Shown: positions 27,901-40,304, numbered from the stretch's first letter. The stretch: DNA of 64,000 nucleotides from Coraliomargaritaceae bacterium (GCA_965656495.1 CBFHKU010000003.1:64001-128000); one strand, 5' to 3'. The notes: generated from the sequence alone by a model not told the origin. A program made the numbers and translations.

Positions 27901-28866
27901 ATGGCTGAATTGATCACACATCTTCCCGGGCAGGAGCTCGCGGTCAGCGCGGTTGAGAAACGGCTTCGCCAAATGTGGGATGCAGATGGGGAGGCCTCGC
28001 CTTCGCATTTTCGGGCCTCGCAAATGAACATCGTGCTGCATTTTGGTTTTCAGGTAACACCGGCGGAGGCCTTGGAGGCATTCGATTCCTTATTACGTTT
28101 TGTGCAGCGTTACCCTGGGCGTATCATTGTGCTTTGCCCCAGCGAAACGCGGCAAGACGGTTCGATGGGCGCGAAACTCTTCAGCCAATGCTACATTGGG
28201 CCGTCGCAGCGCGAGATGTGTTGTTGCGAGGCGCTCATGCTCGCCTTTGAGCCGGAGGATTGCGGGCACTTGGCGAATCAGGTTTCGGTATGGCTGGAGT
28301 CGGATCTGCCGACATACCACTGGTTCATGAAGGTTCCGGGAGCCCGCATTCATAAGTATTTTGACAATCTCCTCAAGGGGGTGCGCCGCATGATTTACGA
28401 CGGAAGTCTCGAGCAAAGTGACTTGCGGTCCTTGGATTGGCCGCGACCCGAACGGGTGCGCGATCTGGCGCAGGCGCGGCTTTTGCCGATCCGCCAATCG
28501 CTGGGACAATTCCTGAGCGGTTTCCCGATTGAGGGCTTGCTGGACGGACTCACGGGCATTCGGTTGGGGTATGCGCCGGAGCGGAAGGGTGAGGCGGTCC
28601 GTCTTGCGGAGTGGCTGGAGTCCTGCCTTGGCGGGCGCTTAAAAATTCAGACCGGGCTTTTTGAGGCAGCATCCCCGCAGGCTGAGCCCCTGCAATTAAA
28701 CATGCTCTGGGATTATGCGGACGATCGTTATCTCAAATGGGAGCTTTATTGCGAGGGGGAGCGCGCGCGTTTTGACTTTAAGCTCGGCGCTGAGGCAAAA
28801 TCCTTCATGACGCAACTCAAGCCGCTTGCGCCGGAGCAAGCCTTGGCAGAGGCCCTCTTTTTCTAG
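27901..28866 (+). CDS. opcA: OpcA G6PD assembly/effector protein
   Basis: Directly after zwf; RASQMN, YPGRII, CCCE, DLPTYHW. Confidence 0.8.
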   Translation: MAELITHLPGQELAVSAVEKRLRQMWDADGEASPSHFRASQMNIVLHFGFQVTPAEALEAFDSLLRFVQRYPGRIIVLCPSETRQDGSMGAKLFSQCYIGPSQREMCCCEALMLAFEPEDCGHLANQVSVWLESDLPTYHWFMKVPGARIHKYFDNLLKGVRRMIYDGSLEQSDLRSLDWPRPERVRDLAQARLLPIRQSLGQFLSGFPIEGLLDGLTGIRLGYAPERKGEAVRLAEWLESCLGGRLKIQTGLFEAASPQAEPLQLNMLWDYADDRYLKWELYCEGERARFDFKLGAEAKSFMTQLKPLAPEQALAEALFF

Positions 28867-28965
28867 GGGATAAACTACAAGGGTTAAGCCTTGCTTGCGC
28901 TTCGGCGGATTGATTCAATACGCCTTGAAAAACTAGGAGCTACTTTCGCCTATTATTGGTTCAAA

Positions 28966-31900
28966 ATGTCGCAGAATTTGAAAAGTGATATCCCCACTCA
29001 AGAGGCAGAACAACGCCTCGAATTGATGCGTGCCATGTGGCGGAGTCGCTTGGGCGACCTGCGGGAACAAAGCCTCATTCGTCAGGGGAAAGGCTGGTTC
29101 CATATCTCGGGAATGGGGCATGAATCCTTGGCGACTGCGGCATTGCATCTTGAAGCGGGTGACTACGCCTTCCCGTATTATCGTGACCGGGCTTTTTGCG
29201 TTCAACGGGGTCTCGATGATGCCGCACTCGCGCTGGCGTTCTATGCGAAACGTGATTCCTCCAGTGGCGGGCGCCAGTTGACCGGGCATTTCAGTGACCG
29301 CGCCCTGAACATCTGGAGCCATCCATCCCCGGTTGGTGCGCACCTCCTGCCGGCCTGCGGGGCGGCTTGGGGTATTCAAATGGATGGATCGGGGCAGGTG
29401 GTGTATGCTTCGCTTGGCGAGGCGGCGGCGCGGCAGGGTGATTTCTACGAAGCGGTTTGTTTTGCGAAGGAACGGCAGCTGCCGATTGTTTTTGTGGTCG
29501 AGGACAACCGCATTGCGATCAGCACCGACACACAGCGGACGAATCCCCTGGCGTTGGGAGTCTTGGCGGCGGAAGAATGGCGACGCGTTGACGGGGTCGA
29601 GGTGGATGCGGTTTCAGCGGTGATGAAGGATGCCATTGAATTTGCGCGCTCGGGCAAGGGTCCCGCTTTTGTATGGTGTGATGTCGAGCGTTTCTCAAAT
29701 CATTCGAGCGCGGATGACCAGCGCATGTATCGCGCTCCCGATGAGCTGGAAGCCCTGCAGACCCGCGATCCGGTAGCGCTTTACCGGGCGCAGTTGATCG
29801 AGTCGGGTGTATTGACTGAAGCGGAGGCGGAGGCACAGGAAACAGAAATAAAGGCGGAGGTTCGCGCCGCGTATAAGGCCGCCGAGTCCGCGGAGGATCC
29901 CCACGCAAAGGAGCAGGGCGCGCACCTCTATGGGCCAAGCTATGAACCGGAGCCCGTTCCGGTGGAGTTGGACTCCGAGTGCCGGATTCTTGACGCGGTC
30001 AATCGCACCTTTCACGCCGCTTTGGATCAATTGCCGGAAGTGGTCTTTTTTGGTGAGGATATTGCGGACCCGAAGGGCGGGGTCTTTAACCTGACGAAGG
30101 GGCTTTCGACCAAGGATCCCGCGCGGGCGGTGAATTCGCCCCTCGCGGAATCCACCATTATGGGGGTGGCGGTTGGGCTGGCGTCCTACGGCAAGCGTCC
30201 CTGTTTTGAAATTCAATTTGTGGACTTCATTTATCCTGGCTGGAATCAGTTGGTCAGCAACATGGCGACCCTGCGCTGGCGGAGCTTTGGGCAATGGGAA
30301 TGCCCCCTGGTGATTTATGCACCCTGCGGGGGTTATTTGCCCGGCGGGGCGCTTTGGCACAGTCAATCCGGCGAGGCGAATTTTGCGCGTATTCCGGGTC
30401 TCCGAGTGGTGGTACCCTCGACGCCAAACGATGCGGCGGGACTTTTTTGGGCGGCATTGCGCGGGAGTGACCCCACCATCATTCTTTTGCCGAAGCATTT
30501 GATGTGGGCGGCACAGGCCGCCCCGGCACCCGTGCCACCTGTATCGCTTGGCAAAGCCCGGGTCCTGCGTGAAGGGGATGTCCTGACCTTGGTGACCTGG
30601 GGAAATTGCGTGGAATTGGTGGAGGAAAGCCTTGAGAAAATGGAGGCTGAACTCGCAATCGAATTGATCGACCTGCGTTCGATCGCGCCTTGGGACCGCG
30701 AGTGTCTCATGGAATCGGTCTGTAAGACGGGGCGTTTGCTCGTGGTTCAGGAGGACAACATCACCGCGAGTATTGGGCAGATGTTGGTGGCGGAGCTGTG
30801 CAGTGAGCGCCGGGTTTTAGAGGCCTTGAAAAGCCCCCCGGCGATTGTTTCGAAAGGCGACGTCCACATTGGCTTTAATCCGATTTATGAATACGCCGCC
30901 CTGCCGGATCATGAGCGGGTCGTGAATGCGATTGAAAGTATTCTGGGAACCGCCTTGAAGTCCTCGCTCGAGGCCGCAAAATGGAGCGAGCAATCGGATG
31001 CGCCTGCCGCACCAACCAAGACTCCCGCCGGGGAAGCAAAACCAATCATGAACTCCGAAAATCTAATTAAAACGATCACGGTGCCGATTCTGGGCGAGGG
31101 GATTCGGGTGGCGCGCATTGTGGCGGTGCATAAAGCGGTGGGCGATCTCGTCGCGGCGGATGAAGCGCTCTGTGAAGTCGAGACCGACAAGGCGGTTTTC
31201 CCGATTGAATGCGATGTGGAGGGGCGCTTGCTCGAGTGGAACGCCGGTCTGGATGATGAGGTCAAGGTGGGGCAGGAATTATTGAAGCTTCAGATCGCGG
31301 GGGAGGCCGTCGCAACGGATGCTCCGGCAACGGTCGTCGATGCCGCACCTGCAAATACGGGGCTCTCTCCGGAGGCGATTCAGCAAATACAGGGGATCAT
31401 CCCGGCAACGATTGACATGACTTGTCGTTGGGAGGCGGTGCGTGCTGCTCGCCTGCGGAGTAAAGCATTGGGCGGCGGAACCCTTTCACCGGTGACGATG
31501 GCGGCATGGGTGGCGGTGCAGTCGATGAAGTCGCACAAGCGTTTTGCCAGTTATGTGAGCGGCGGCAAGTTGCGGGAGGATGAAGCCGACTTCGATCTGG
31601 GCATCGCAGTTGCCTTGCCCGGTGATGTTTTGGAAACCGCGGTGGTGCCGTCTGCCAATAAACTGACTTGGGAATCGTTCCCAGAGGCGGTGAATCTCGC
31701 CTTGAAAAAAGCGCGCCAGGGGGAATCGGTTTCAAAGAATCGCGTTTCACTGATTATCTCCAGCTTGGGGACCTACTCGGTGCGTTCTGCTATTCCGGTG
31801 GTGGTGCCGCCCGCGGTGGCGACGCTCTTTGTCGGGGCGCCTCAAAGCCTGCCGGATCCGAAGTCAGAAACGGGTGCCTTGATGGAGGTGGTTTCGCTGG

Positions 31901-31995
31901 TCCTGACCTTTGATCATCGCTGGATCAATGGTGTGGGTGCCGCCGCGTTCCTTTCAAAGGTGCGCAAGGGGATTGAGCGTTTTGACTTAGTCTGA
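28966..31995 (+). CDS. 2-oxoacid dehydrogenase fusion: E1alpha + E1beta + lipoyl domain + E2 catalytic domain
   Basis: E1a [32 protein letters not shown]1b FGEDI..GGVF, PLAES, EIQFVDF, WHSQS; lipoyl EVETDKA; E2 [10 protein letters not shown]. Confidence 0.9.
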   Translation: MSQNLKSDIPTQEAEQRLELMRAMWRSRLGDLREQSLIRQGKGWFHISGMGHESLATAALHLEAGDYAFPYYRDRAFCVQRGLDDAALALAFYAKRDSSSGGRQLTGHFSDRALNIWSHPSPVGAHLLPACGAAWGIQMDGSGQVVYASLGEAAARQGDFYEAVCFAKERQLPIVFVVEDNRIAISTDTQRTNPLALGVLAAEEWRRVDGVEVDAVSAVMKDAIEFARSGKGPAFVWCDVERFSNHSSADDQRMYRAPDELEALQTRDPVALYRAQLIESGVLTEAEAEAQETEIKAEVRAAYKAAESAEDPHAKEQGAHLYGPSYEPEPVPVELDSECRILDAVNRTFHAALDQLPEVVFFGEDIADPKGGVFNLTKGLSTKDPARAVNSPLAESTIMGVAVGLASYGKRPCFEIQFVDFIYPGWNQLVSNMATLRWRSFGQWECPLVIYAPCGGYLPGGALWHSQSGEANFARIPGLRVVVPSTPNDAAGLFWAALRGSDPTIILLPKHLMWAAQAAPAPVPPVSLGKARVLREGDVLTLVTWGNCVELVEESLEKMEAELAIELIDLRSIAPWDRECLMESVCKTGRLLVVQEDNITASIGQMLVAELCSERRVLEALKSPPAIVSKGDVHIGFNPIYEYAALPDHERVVNAIESILGTALKSSLEAAKWSEQSDAPAAPTKTPAGEAKPIMNSENLIKTITVPILGEGIRVARIVAVHKAVGDLVAADEALCEVETDKAVFPIECDVEGRLLEWNAGLDDEVKVGQELLKLQIAGEAVATDAPATVVDAAPANTGLSPEAIQQIQGIIPATIDMTCRWEAVRAARLRSKALGGGTLSPVTMAAWVAVQSMKSHKRFASYVSGGKLREDEADFDLGIAVALPGDVLETAVVPSANKLTWESFPEAVNLALKKARQGESVSKNRVSLIISSLGTYSVRSAIPVVVPPAVATLFVGAPQSLPDPKSETGALMEVVSLVLTFDHRWINGVGAAAFLSKVRKGIERFDLV

Positions 31996-32035
31996 GTTGC
32001 CAGCGGGCGGTTTTGGCGCTCATTTGTTTTACCGA

Positions 32036-32743
32036 ATGAAACAGGCATGTGAGCATTGTAAGGTGATTTTTTCGCCGATGGCACCGGGTGAACGCTTTTG
32101 TTGCGGTGGTTGCCAAGCGGTGGCGGGATTACTGGCGCGTGAGGGTCTGGAAGAGTTTTATCGTCGGCGCGATGCCCCCGGGCAACCGGTTGGGGAATTG
32201 CCGCAAGTCAATGTGTCCTGGGCAAAGGATGCGCAGGCGGCGGCCGAGGCCGAGGGCGAGGCGGATTCTGGAACTGCAGCAGGGGGGCATCTGCGGATTG
32301 AAGTGGAGGGCATGACCTGCGCGGGCTGTGCCTGGTTGATCGAATGCCTCTTTAACCGGGAAAACGGCGCAAATCGCGCTGCGGTTTCTTTGACGGGCGG
32401 GTACCTGGATATGTGGTGGAAAAAGGATGCGGGCTTCCGCTTGGCAGATTTCATCACGCGGCTTGCGGGCTATGGATATCGGGCAAAAGCTTACCGCCGC
32501 AGTCGAATCAGGGCGGTCCTTGCGCCGCATGGATATTTTGCAATGGGCCTGATCTTTAGCCTGAATGCGGGCTTTTTGATCTGGTTGAATCGACTCAGCC
32601 AGCAGGAGGGTCAGGTGGAGACCTCCTTGCGCATCGTATTGAATGGCTTGCTTGCTGTAAGCCTATTCGCAGGGGCGGCTTGCTGGCTGATCTGGGTCTA
32701 TCGCTTGCGGAGAAAACGCATCGGCAAAGGATCCGTCGCCTAA
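32036..32743 (+). CDS. Stand-alone CcoI/FixI-type N-terminal metal-binding protein (CxxC, FCCxGC, HMA) with two C-terminal TM segments
   Basis: CEHC, FCCGGCQAV, GMTCAGCAWLIE; no ATPase core. Confidence 0.75.
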   Translation: MKQACEHCKVIFSPMAPGERFCCGGCQAVAGLLAREGLEEFYRRRDAPGQPVGELPQVNVSWAKDAQAAAEAEGEADSGTAAGGHLRIEVEGMTCAGCAWLIECLFNRENGANRAAVSLTGGYLDMWWKKDAGFRLADFITRLAGYGYRAKAYRRSRIRAVLAPHGYFAMGLIFSLNAGFLIWLNRLSQQEGQVETSLRIVLNGLLAVSLFAGAACWLIWVYRLRRKRIGKGSVA

Positions 32744-33306
32744 TTCCCCGGGGCGATGAAATTTTCCGGCAGGGGTGGGAGTTCCAATACCATTGGCTCC
32801 GGTGCAGGTTTCGACTTGGCTTGCAGATGTTTATTGCAGATCAAATCGCGAATGAGGGGGTCGTAGGCTGGATCCTGCGTAAGTTTTGCGTAGGCAGCTT
32901 CGGTTGCGTTAATAAAAGTTTTACACTGGGCGACGCGGGAGGCGTTGGGTTCGTTCTCTTTTATTTCCTTATTCAGGTAAGCGAGCGCTGGTTCGACCCC
33001 GCGATACTGAAAGGCTTTCAGCAATGAAAGGTTCAGGGTTTTACGAGAGCAGGGCTTGAGCCACCAATCCTTTCGTTGTTCTGAAGCCATGATGATTAAT
33101 TGATCCACTTGCCGATCGTTGTTTACGCGCTGCTGCGGGCTTAGGGTAACATAGGACTCCGTCGCCAATGCAATCGCATGGTCCAATTGTTGTGCAATTG
33201 CCAGGGTTTGCTGACTTTTGTTTTCATAAGATGCCCCCGCAAAAAAAGTAGCGAAGGTTCCACACATTAGTGCGCCAAGCAGTAAGGTATTAGAGATCTT
33301 ATTCAT
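32740..33306 (-). CDS. Hypothetical exported/membrane-anchored protein
   Basis: 188-aa ORF filling the gap; hydrophobic N-terminus; visibly more AT-rich than neighbours. Confidence 0.6.
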   Translation of the reverse strand: MNKISNTLLLGALMCGTFATFFAGASYENKSQQTLAIAQQLDHAIALATESYVTLSPQQRVNNDRQVDQLIIMASEQRKDWWLKPCSRKTLNLSLLKAFQYRGVEPALAYLNKEIKENEPNASRVAQCKTFINATEAAYAKLTQDPAYDPLIRDLICNKHLQAKSKPAPEPMVLELPPLPENFIAPGN

Positions 33307-33363
33307 GCTATATAGGTTTGATAGTTATAAGGAAAGGGCGGGTAGTTGGATTCGGCGGCGGGT

Positions 33364-34797
33364 TTAGGGTTTCCCGCTGCTTACTTCCCGGATTTGAGTG
33401 CTGTCGATTAAAGTTTCACCGGCATACATTTTGGTCACCACAACCAGTGGCTTGCCGGCTTCGCACCAGTCCCCCTCGCGCAGGCGGGTAAAGGCGGCTT
33501 GGATGTTGTCTTCCAGTTCGTGCACGAATTCCATGAAGAAGGGTTCGATCCCGTGTAACAGGAGGAGTTGCTTGAAGAGGATGGGGTTGTCGGTAAAGGC
33601 GTAAACCGGGACATTCGGGCGCAGCGAGGACAGTTTTTGGGTGAAGATGCCGCGTCGGGTAAAGACGAGAATGGGCGCGTCCATCTCGGTCGCAAGGTAT
33701 GCCGCGGAGCGAAGCATTTTACTCTTGGGTAGGTTTAAAACGAGGTCCTTGCGTAAGTTTTCAGTTTGTTCCTGCTCAATCCGGGTGGCGATGCGGTTCA
33801 CGGTTTCCACGCATTCCACCGGATATTTCCCGACCGTGGTTTCGCCGGAAAGCATGACGCAGTCAGCCTGCTCCCGGATTGCATTGGCAATGTCGGTGAC
33901 CTCCGCCCGAGTCGGGATCGGGGAATCGATCATCGATTCCAGCATATGGGTTGCAACGATGACCGGCTTGAGTTGACGAATGCAGGTGTTGATGGCGCGG
34001 CTTTGGATGACCGGCAAATCCTCAAACGGGCACTCAACCCCGAGGTCGCCCCGGGCAATCATCAGGCCGTCCGCCGCAAGGATGATTTCATCCAGATTGG
34101 TAATCGCCTGTTGGTCTTCAATCTTGGCAATGACTTTTGCGGGGCTGGCACGGTGGCGGAGGTATTCATGGAATACATCGAGGTCCGCCGGTTCCCGTAC
34201 AAAGGAGAGCGCAAAAAAGTCGATGTTCTCATCAATCCCGACATCGATGTCGGCTTGGTCTTTTTCAGTCAGAGAGGGTAGGTTGACCCGCACGCCCGGC
34301 AGATTGATGTGTCGGCGGTTGCCGAGGGGACCGGGAATGCAGACCTCGCAGCGCACCCGCGTGCCATTGATCTCCTTTACCTCGAGCCGAATAAGGCCGC
34401 TGTCCACCAACACGGTGTCGCCGACCTTTATATCGTTGGCAAAGCTTTCGTAGTTGACGTCAACCCGGCGAACGCCGTCTTCGCCGATCCCGCCCAGACC
34501 CTCGCCGTAGGTGAAGTCAAAGGTTTCGCCGCTTTCGAGTTCAAAGGTTTCCGGCACATCGCGGGTGCGAATTTCGGGCCCCTTCACATCCATAAGGATC
34601 GCGATATGTCGCCCGACGCGCTCGCCCGCCGCGCGGACTTTATGAATGATTTCGCGGGTCCATTCGTGGTCGGCGTGCGCCATATTGATACGGCAGATGT
34701 CAACGCCCTCGCGAATGAGGGCTTCCAGTGTTTCGGCATCCTGAGTAGCCGGGCCGACGGTGAAGATAAGTTTTGTTTTCCGGTGAGTGGTTCTCAT
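33364..34797 (-). CDS. pyk: Pyruvate kinase
   Basis: [46 protein letters not shown]. Confidence 0.97.
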   Translation of the reverse strand: MRTTHRKTKLIFTVGPATQDAETLEALIREGVDICRINMAHADHEWTREIIHKVRAAGERVGRHIAILMDVKGPEIRTRDVPETFELESGETFDFTYGEGLGGIGEDGVRRVDVNYESFANDIKVGDTVLVDSGLIRLEVKEINGTRVRCEVCIPGPLGNRRHINLPGVRVNLPSLTEKDQADIDVGIDENIDFFALSFVREPADLDVFHEYLRHRASPAKVIAKIEDQQAITNLDEIILAADGLMIARGDLGVECPFEDLPVIQSRAINTCIRQLKPVIVATHMLESMIDSPIPTRAEVTDIANAIREQADCVMLSGETTVGKYPVECVETVNRIATRIEQEQTENLRKDLVLNLPKSKMLRSAAYLATEMDAPILVFTRRGIFTQKLSSLRPNVPVYAFTDNPILFKQLLLLHGIEPFFMEFVHELEDNIQAAFTRLREGDWCEAGKPLVVVTKMYAGETLIDSTQIREVSSGKP

Positions 34798-34817
34798 AAG
34801 AGTGATTGTGGGATCCG

Positions 34818-35594
34818 CTATAGGGCTGCGGGGTCAACAACATGGATGGCGAAGTCTTTGTTAAGGTTAAGGCTGGCAAAGCGATCATTAACGCATTCCA
34901 GACTATTGCAATCTTTGCTTAGGTGGGCGAGGTAAAGATTTTGTAACTGGGAGCTGCCGTTCATCTTGGTGAGGGCTTCAAAGGCGGCGTTGTTCGAGAG
35001 GTGCCCGTGGCGGCCACGGATGCGCTGCTTGGTGGACCAGGGCCGTTTGGTGTCTTTCTCAAGGAGTTCCTCGTCATAGTTGGCCTCGATCACCAGCGTT
35101 TGCACCGATCGCATCTGCTCAAATACATGGGCCGGCACGTAGCCGAGGTCCGTGATCCATGCGAGGCTTTGTGGCGGGGTGGATGCGCCGTCCCCCCAGC
35201 GAAAGACGTAGCCCACCGGGTCATAGGCGTCATGGGGCAGGGCAAAGGAGCGCACCTCAAGATCCCGGAAGTGGAAGGTCGTGCCCGTTTCAAAAACCTG
35301 CCAATTCGGGCGTTTGCTGAGTTTGGCCTGTACCGCATCGGCGGTATCACGGTTTGCAAAGATCGGGAGATCGGGGCGACGGGAGAGCCCCCGTATCCCC
35401 TGCGCATGGTCGCTGTGTTCGTGGGTGAGGAAAACCGCCTGAATTTGATCAATGGATTCGCCGAGGGATTCAAGTTTCGCCGCAATACGTTTTCCGCTGA
35501 AACCGGCATCGATTAGAATCTTGCTTTCGGGGGTGCGAAGGAGGGCGCAGTTACCCAAACTACTGGAGCCAAGAATCTGAAAATCGGGATGCAT
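34818..35594 (-). CDS. MBL-fold metallo-hydrolase (YycJ/WalJ-like)
   Basis: [33 protein letters not shown]. Confidence 0.9.
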   Translation of the reverse strand: MHPDFQILGSSSLGNCALLRTPESKILIDAGFSGKRIAAKLESLGESIDQIQAVFLTHEHSDHAQGIRGLSRRPDLPIFANRDTADAVQAKLSKRPNWQVFETGTTFHFRDLEVRSFALPHDAYDPVGYVFRWGDGASTPPQSLAWITDLGYVPAHVFEQMRSVQTLVIEANYDEELLEKDTKRPWSTKQRIRGRHGHLSNNAAFEALTKMNGSSQLQNLYLAHLSKDCNSLECVNDRFASLNLNKDFAIHVVDPAAL

Positions 35595-35769
35595 GTGGTA
35601 CTTTGTTAATTAACATCCGGACTTCCGCAAAGCATTTTTACGCGCTTGCCTCTTAAATAAGAGGGCCTATGAATTATATTTTATCCCGCAAAGTCGCTTC
35701 TTTGCTCTAATTGCTGTTTTAAAAGCAAGGGGGTTTGTAAGCCTTCAGCGGGGGATACGATTTTTTACG

Positions 35770-36750
35770 ATGAAGACAGAGAAAAACAAGCCAGCGCAGG
35801 AGGAATTACTCCAAGCGCCGGGTGCGCCCGAAAAGAGCTACGATAAGGATTTTGTCCTGACCGATGCTTATCGCGAGAGCTTGCCTGATATGCAAAATGC
35901 GGACGCCCGCGAAATTTTTGGAGCGAATGTCCCGATCCTGAAAGTGGGGATTTCCAACTTCCGCTTGCCCCTGCGCTACATTCGCCCGAACTCCGATACC
36001 ATCAATTTGGAAACCTCTGTGACCGGCACCGTGTCGCTGGAGGCCAACCAGAAGGGGATCAATATGTCGCGTATTATGCGCGTTTTTTACGAGTTTGAGG
36101 AGCGTATTTTTACTCCGGACCTCCTGCAGGAGATTTTGTTGTCCTATAAAAAGGAACTGCGGGCGCACCGCGCGCAACTGAAATTGGAATTTGAATACCC
36201 GATTCTCAAGCCGAGCCTGCGCTCTGGATTGGAGGGTTGGCAATACTACCGCAGCGCTTTTGAAGGGCGCATTGATGAGCTGAATCGCTTCCGCAAATAC
36301 CTGCACTTTGATTTTGTGTATTCCTCGGCGTGCCCGTGTTCCTCCGAACTCGCGGAGCATGCGCGGGGTCAACGCAATGTATACGGGATTCCGCATTCCC
36401 AGCGCAGCACCGCGCGCGTGAGCGTCGAAGTCGTGCCGGGTGAACACCTCTCGCTCGAGGATTTGCAGGCGATTTGCCTCGAGGCGCTCAAGACCGAGAC
36501 GCAGGTCATGGTCAAGCGGGAAGACGAACAGGCCTTCGCCGAGCTCAACGGTGCCTTCACAAAATTCGTGGAGGATGCCGCCCGTTTGCTTTACGAGGAA
36601 TTGGAGGCGGAGCCGCGCATTCACGATTTCCAAGTGGCCTGTGCGCACCTTGAGTCCCTGCATTCCCATGATGCCGTTGCTGTTATTCACAAGGGCTTAC
36701 CCGGGGGCTTTAGTGGTCAATTCGACGATTTCAAGGGCTTGCTGCGCTAG
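35770..36750 (+). CDS. folE2: GTP cyclohydrolase IB
   Basis: [40 protein letters not shown]. Confidence 0.95.
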   Translation: MKTEKNKPAQEELLQAPGAPEKSYDKDFVLTDAYRESLPDMQNADAREIFGANVPILKVGISNFRLPLRYIRPNSDTINLETSVTGTVSLEANQKGINMSRIMRVFYEFEERIFTPDLLQEILLSYKKELRAHRAQLKLEFEYPILKPSLRSGLEGWQYYRSAFEGRIDELNRFRKYLHFDFVYSSACPCSSELAEHARGQRNVYGIPHSQRSTARVSVEVVPGEHLSLEDLQAICLEALKTETQVMVKREDEQAFAELNGAFTKFVEDAARLLYEELEAEPRIHDFQVACAHLESLHSHDAVAVIHKGLPGGFSGQFDDFKGLLR

Positions 36751-36878
36751 TCGTTGCCAGTTTATTCACAGTCCCTGTGGCGTTGCTGTGAATTTTGGGA
36801 ACAAGTCCGGCGATTGCATGTAAATAGGTGCTTCGCCGGATTAAATCCGCAGTCATTGGAGCTAGGTAGACAAATATT

Positions 36879-37430
36879 GTGAGTAAATTAGAAAAAAGTA
36901 CTGCCACGGAAGACGAGCGGTTCGATGTTGTTAACACGGAGGACGAGGTCGTTGAGGTAAAAACGCGTGCGGAGGTGCATCGTCTGGGTTTGAGGCATCG
37001 CGCCATTCATGTTTTCGTCTTTAATGCCGCCGGAGATATCTTCCTGCAGCGCCGCTCCATGAATAAAGATTCCGCTCCGGGGAAATGGGTGAGTTCCTGC
37101 TCCGGCCACGTCGATAGCGGTGAGGATTACGATCCGGCGGCAAGGCGTGAATTGGGTGAGGAGATCGGGCTTTATGAGCCGCTTGAATTTTCGCGGACTT
37201 TTAAGGTGGAGGCCTGTCGCGAGACCGGGAACGAATTCGTCTGGTTGTACACCTGTAAGGCGGAGGGCCCCTTCGAGTTGGACCCCCATGAAATCAGCGA
37301 AGGCAAATGGGTGAGCCTTGAAGATTTGGAAGCGTGGATCGATGCCCGCCCCAGGGATTTCTCTTGGTCCTTCATCTATCTTTGGGAGAAATATACCGAG
37401 CAAGCCGCCGCAGGCGAGGGAAGCTCCTGA
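36879..37430 (+). CDS. NUDIX hydrolase (IPP-isomerase-like)
   Basis: [36 protein letters not shown]. Confidence 0.88.
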   Translation: MSKLEKSTATEDERFDVVNTEDEVVEVKTRAEVHRLGLRHRAIHVFVFNAAGDIFLQRRSMNKDSAPGKWVSSCSGHVDSGEDYDPAARRELGEEIGLYEPLEFSRTFKVEACRETGNEFVWLYTCKAEGPFELDPHEISEGKWVSLEDLEAWIDARPRDFSWSFIYLWEKYTEQAAAGEGSS

Positions 37431-37493
37431 TATTTTCAGAGAGGGAGCGGCTTGTCGCTTGCCACGCGAGGCGAGATCAGCACGCTTGGTCAA

Positions 37494-38132
37494 ATGTCTG
37501 GCAGTTCAAGCACCGCACGTCCACGTCTCGCCGTCATCGATTACGGCATGGGTAACCTGCGCTCGGTCGTAAAAGCCTGGGAGCATGTCGGTGCCGATGC
37601 TTATTTGGCGGGCGAACCGGAGGCGGTTGGCGACGCCGACGCGGTGGTATTCCCCGGTCAGGGCGCGATGGTGGATGCCATGCGTCGGCTGAGTGAAACC
37701 GGATTTGACCGCGTCATCCGGGATTGGATTGAGGCGGATAAGCCTTTCTTCGGGATTTGCCTCGGCCTGCAGGCGCTCTTTGAGTCCACGGAAGAGGGCA
37801 ACTGCAAGGGCTTGGGGGTCTTTGAGGGATCGGTCCGGCGTTTCGAGGTCGATCCCTCCCTGAAGGTGCCGCACATGGGCTGGAACAGCGTGACCTTTGC
37901 AGAAGGAGCGCCGCTCACCGAGGGCTTCGAGAGCGGGGTCGACCAATTCTACTTTGTGCACAGTTATCACATCGTTCCGGCAGATTCCTCCCTTGTTTGG
38001 TTTGAGACCGACTACGGGGGTTCCTTCGCCTCGGGCATCCAGCGGGGGCGTTGTTATGCCACCCAGTTCCACCCTGAAAAAAGTCAGTCAAAAGGATTGC
38101 AACTTTACGCGAATTTTTTGTTATGCTTATGA
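37494..38132 (+). CDS. hisH: Imidazole glycerol phosphate synthase subunit HisH
   Basis: [38 protein letters not shown]. Confidence 0.96.
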   Translation: MSGSSSTARPRLAVIDYGMGNLRSVVKAWEHVGADAYLAGEPEAVGDADAVVFPGQGAMVDAMRRLSETGFDRVIRDWIEADKPFFGICLGLQALFESTEEGNCKGLGVFEGSVRRFEVDPSLKVPHMGWNSVTFAEGAPLTEGFESGVDQFYFVHSYHIVPADSSLVWFETDYGGSFASGIQRGRCYATQFHPEKSQSKGLQLYANFLLCL

Positions 38133-38198
38133 CTGTCTCTTTTTCTAACTGAGGCTTGCATAACGATTAACCCAATTTTACTGAATACACCCTGAGAC

Positions 38199-39491
38199 AT
38201 GGAGGAGCAAACCGCACTCATTCGCCTCGACGATACTAACTACGAATTCCCCCTTATTCTAGGAACTGAGGGCGAAAAAGCCTTTGATATACGCAGCCTG
38301 CGCGCGAAATCCGGCTACATTGCCTTTGATGAAGGCTACGGTAACACCGGTTCCTGCCTGAGTGATATCACTTTTATCGACGGCGAACAGGGGGTCTTGC
38401 GGCATCGGGGTTACCCCATCGAGCAACTGGCGGCAAAGTCCACCTTCCTCGAAACCGCCATGCTCATCATTTATGGTGAATTGCCCGCTGAGGAAAAACT
38501 AAACACCTTTCGCCAACAGGTGCGCGGCAGTGCGACGATTCACACCAGCATGCACCACCACTTTGAAGGCTTCCCCAGCAACGCCCATCCCATGTCGATT
38601 CTTTCGGCGATGCTCAATGCCCTCGGTGCCTACTACCCCGAGATGTCCTCCAATGACCGCGAGCAGGACCTCGCCCATTTTGATGAGACCGCCGCCCTCC
38701 TGATTTCCAAAGTGCGCACCATTGCGGCCATGACCTTCCGCATGAAAAAGGGACTCCCCTTTGTGGCGCCCGACCACTCGAGGCGCTATTGCGAGAATTT
38801 CCTCCATATGATGTTCTCTGAGCCCTACGAGGAATACGTCGATAATGTCGGAGCGGGCGATGCCCTCGATCTCTTCCTGCGCTTACATGCTGACCACGAG
38901 CAAAACTGCTCCACCTCAACCGTGCGCATGGTCGCATCCGGCGGTGCAAATCTCTTCGCCTCCGTCTCCGCCGGGGTCTGCGCTCTCTGGGGGCCCTCCC
39001 ACGGCGGCGCCAACATGGCGGTCGTGCAAATGCTCGAGGATATCCACGCCAGCGGTGACGACGGGTCACGCTTTATCGAGGCCGCCAAAGAAGGCAAAGC
39101 CAAGCTCATGGGCTTCGGGCACCGCGTCTACAAAAACTACGACCCCCGCGCCAAGATCCTCGGCAAGACCGTCGAGCAAGTCCTCACCCAAATCGGCGTG
39201 GACGATCCCCTGCTCAAGATCGCCCGGCGTTTGGAGCAATCCGCCCTCGAGGACGATTACTTCGTCAGCCGCAAACTTTATCCCAATGTGGATTTCTACA
39301 GCGGGATCCTCCTGCGCGCCATCGGCATCCCGCCGGAAATGTTTACCGTCATGTTCGCGATTGGCCGCATGCCGGGCTGGATCGCAAATTGGAAGGAAAT
39401 CGCCGAAAACCCCAAGGGCCGTATTCACCGACCCCGCCAGATCTACACCGGTCAAGGGCTTCGCGACTACACCCCCCTCGAAAAACGCTAA
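38199..39491 (+). CDS. gltA: Citrate synthase (type II)
   Basis: [40 protein letters not shown]. Confidence 0.97.
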   Translation: MEEQTALIRLDDTNYEFPLILGTEGEKAFDIRSLRAKSGYIAFDEGYGNTGSCLSDITFIDGEQGVLRHRGYPIEQLAAKSTFLETAMLIIYGELPAEEKLNTFRQQVRGSATIHTSMHHHFEGFPSNAHPMSILSAMLNALGAYYPEMSSNDREQDLAHFDETAALLISKVRTIAAMTFRMKKGLPFVAPDHSRRYCENFLHMMFSEPYEEYVDNVGAGDALDLFLRLHADHEQNCSTSTVRMVASGGANLFASVSAGVCALWGPSHGGANMAVVQMLEDIHASGDDGSRFIEAAKEGKAKLMGFGHRVYKNYDPRAKILGKTVEQVLTQIGVDDPLLKIARRLEQSALEDDYFVSRKLYPNVDFYSGILLRAIGIPPEMFTVMFAIGRMPGWIANWKEIAENPKGRIHRPRQIYTGQGLRDYTPLEKR

Positions 39492-40279
39492 GCGGAATCC
39501 CCGCTCTTACTCGCTTTCTCTTCCGGCGCGTGGACCACGTCCTCCAGCTTCAGGCCCGTGTAGCGGTGGATGCCGCGCAGCAACATCCACAGGGCCAGCA
39601 CCATAATCGCGAGACTCGGCACCACGATCACCGGCCAGCTCCACGCCATCATTTTCGCCACCTCCGCATTGAAGGCATCCGAACCACTCGGGCTCACCAC
39701 AATCCAGCGCGCCAGCATAAAATTTAAAACCGCGCTCAACAGAAACGAGCCCGCCAACAGCCAGGTGCATTTTTCCAGCAGCTTCTCAAAACCCGCCACC
39801 GAATCATTTTCCTCCAGCGCAGCCTGCACCTTATCGACATCCATAATCTCCGGCGAGTAGAGCAGCGTCCGGATCAAAGGGTAGGGCGTCTTCAGCGAAA
39901 TCACCACCGCTATCCCAATCAGCGCCGGGATCGCCGCCTCCTTCACCGCAAACCATTCCGTCGGAATATTCAGGATGCCGATCCCGCCCGTCAGCAGCAC
40001 GCTGATCAGTCCCAGAATCGAGAGGAAGTTGTATTTCTGCCGCTTGAAATAATCATAGATGAAATAGACGACTGGGAAAGCCAGCGCGATCAACAGAATC
40101 GGAATCGCGACATTCTCAAAGTGCGGCTCCAAATAGGCGCCGAACCAACCGCGCCCCTTATTTAATATCATAATCGGCAAAAGAATATTAAAGCCGAGGT
40201 TGAGGAACATGTTCTCCTTTTTCGGTGCCGGTTTTCCCGCCGTCGAACTTTCCGAGGTGCTGTGTTGCGAAGCTGCCAT
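39488..40279 (-). CDS. Multi-TM membrane protein (VC0807-like)
   Basis: [38 protein letters not shown]. Confidence 0.7.
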   Translation of the reverse strand: MAASQHSTSESSTAGKPAPKKENMFLNLGFNILLPIMILNKGRGWFGAYLEPHFENVAIPILLIALAFPVVYFIYDYFKRQKYNFLSILGLISVLLTGGIGILNIPTEWFAVKEAAIPALIGIAVVISLKTPYPLIRTLLYSPEIMDVDKVQAALEENDSVAGFEKLLEKCTWLLAGSFLLSAVLNFMLARWIVVSPSGSDAFNAEVAKMMAWSWPVIVVPSLAIMVLALWMLLRGIHRYTGLKLEDVVHAPEEKASKSGDSA

Positions 40280-40304
40280 AAACCGCACTAGGCTTCCCAC
40301 TCAT

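Noticed and set aside
26320..28866. zwf-opcA pair as a novelty
   Set aside because: Well-known arrangement in several phyla
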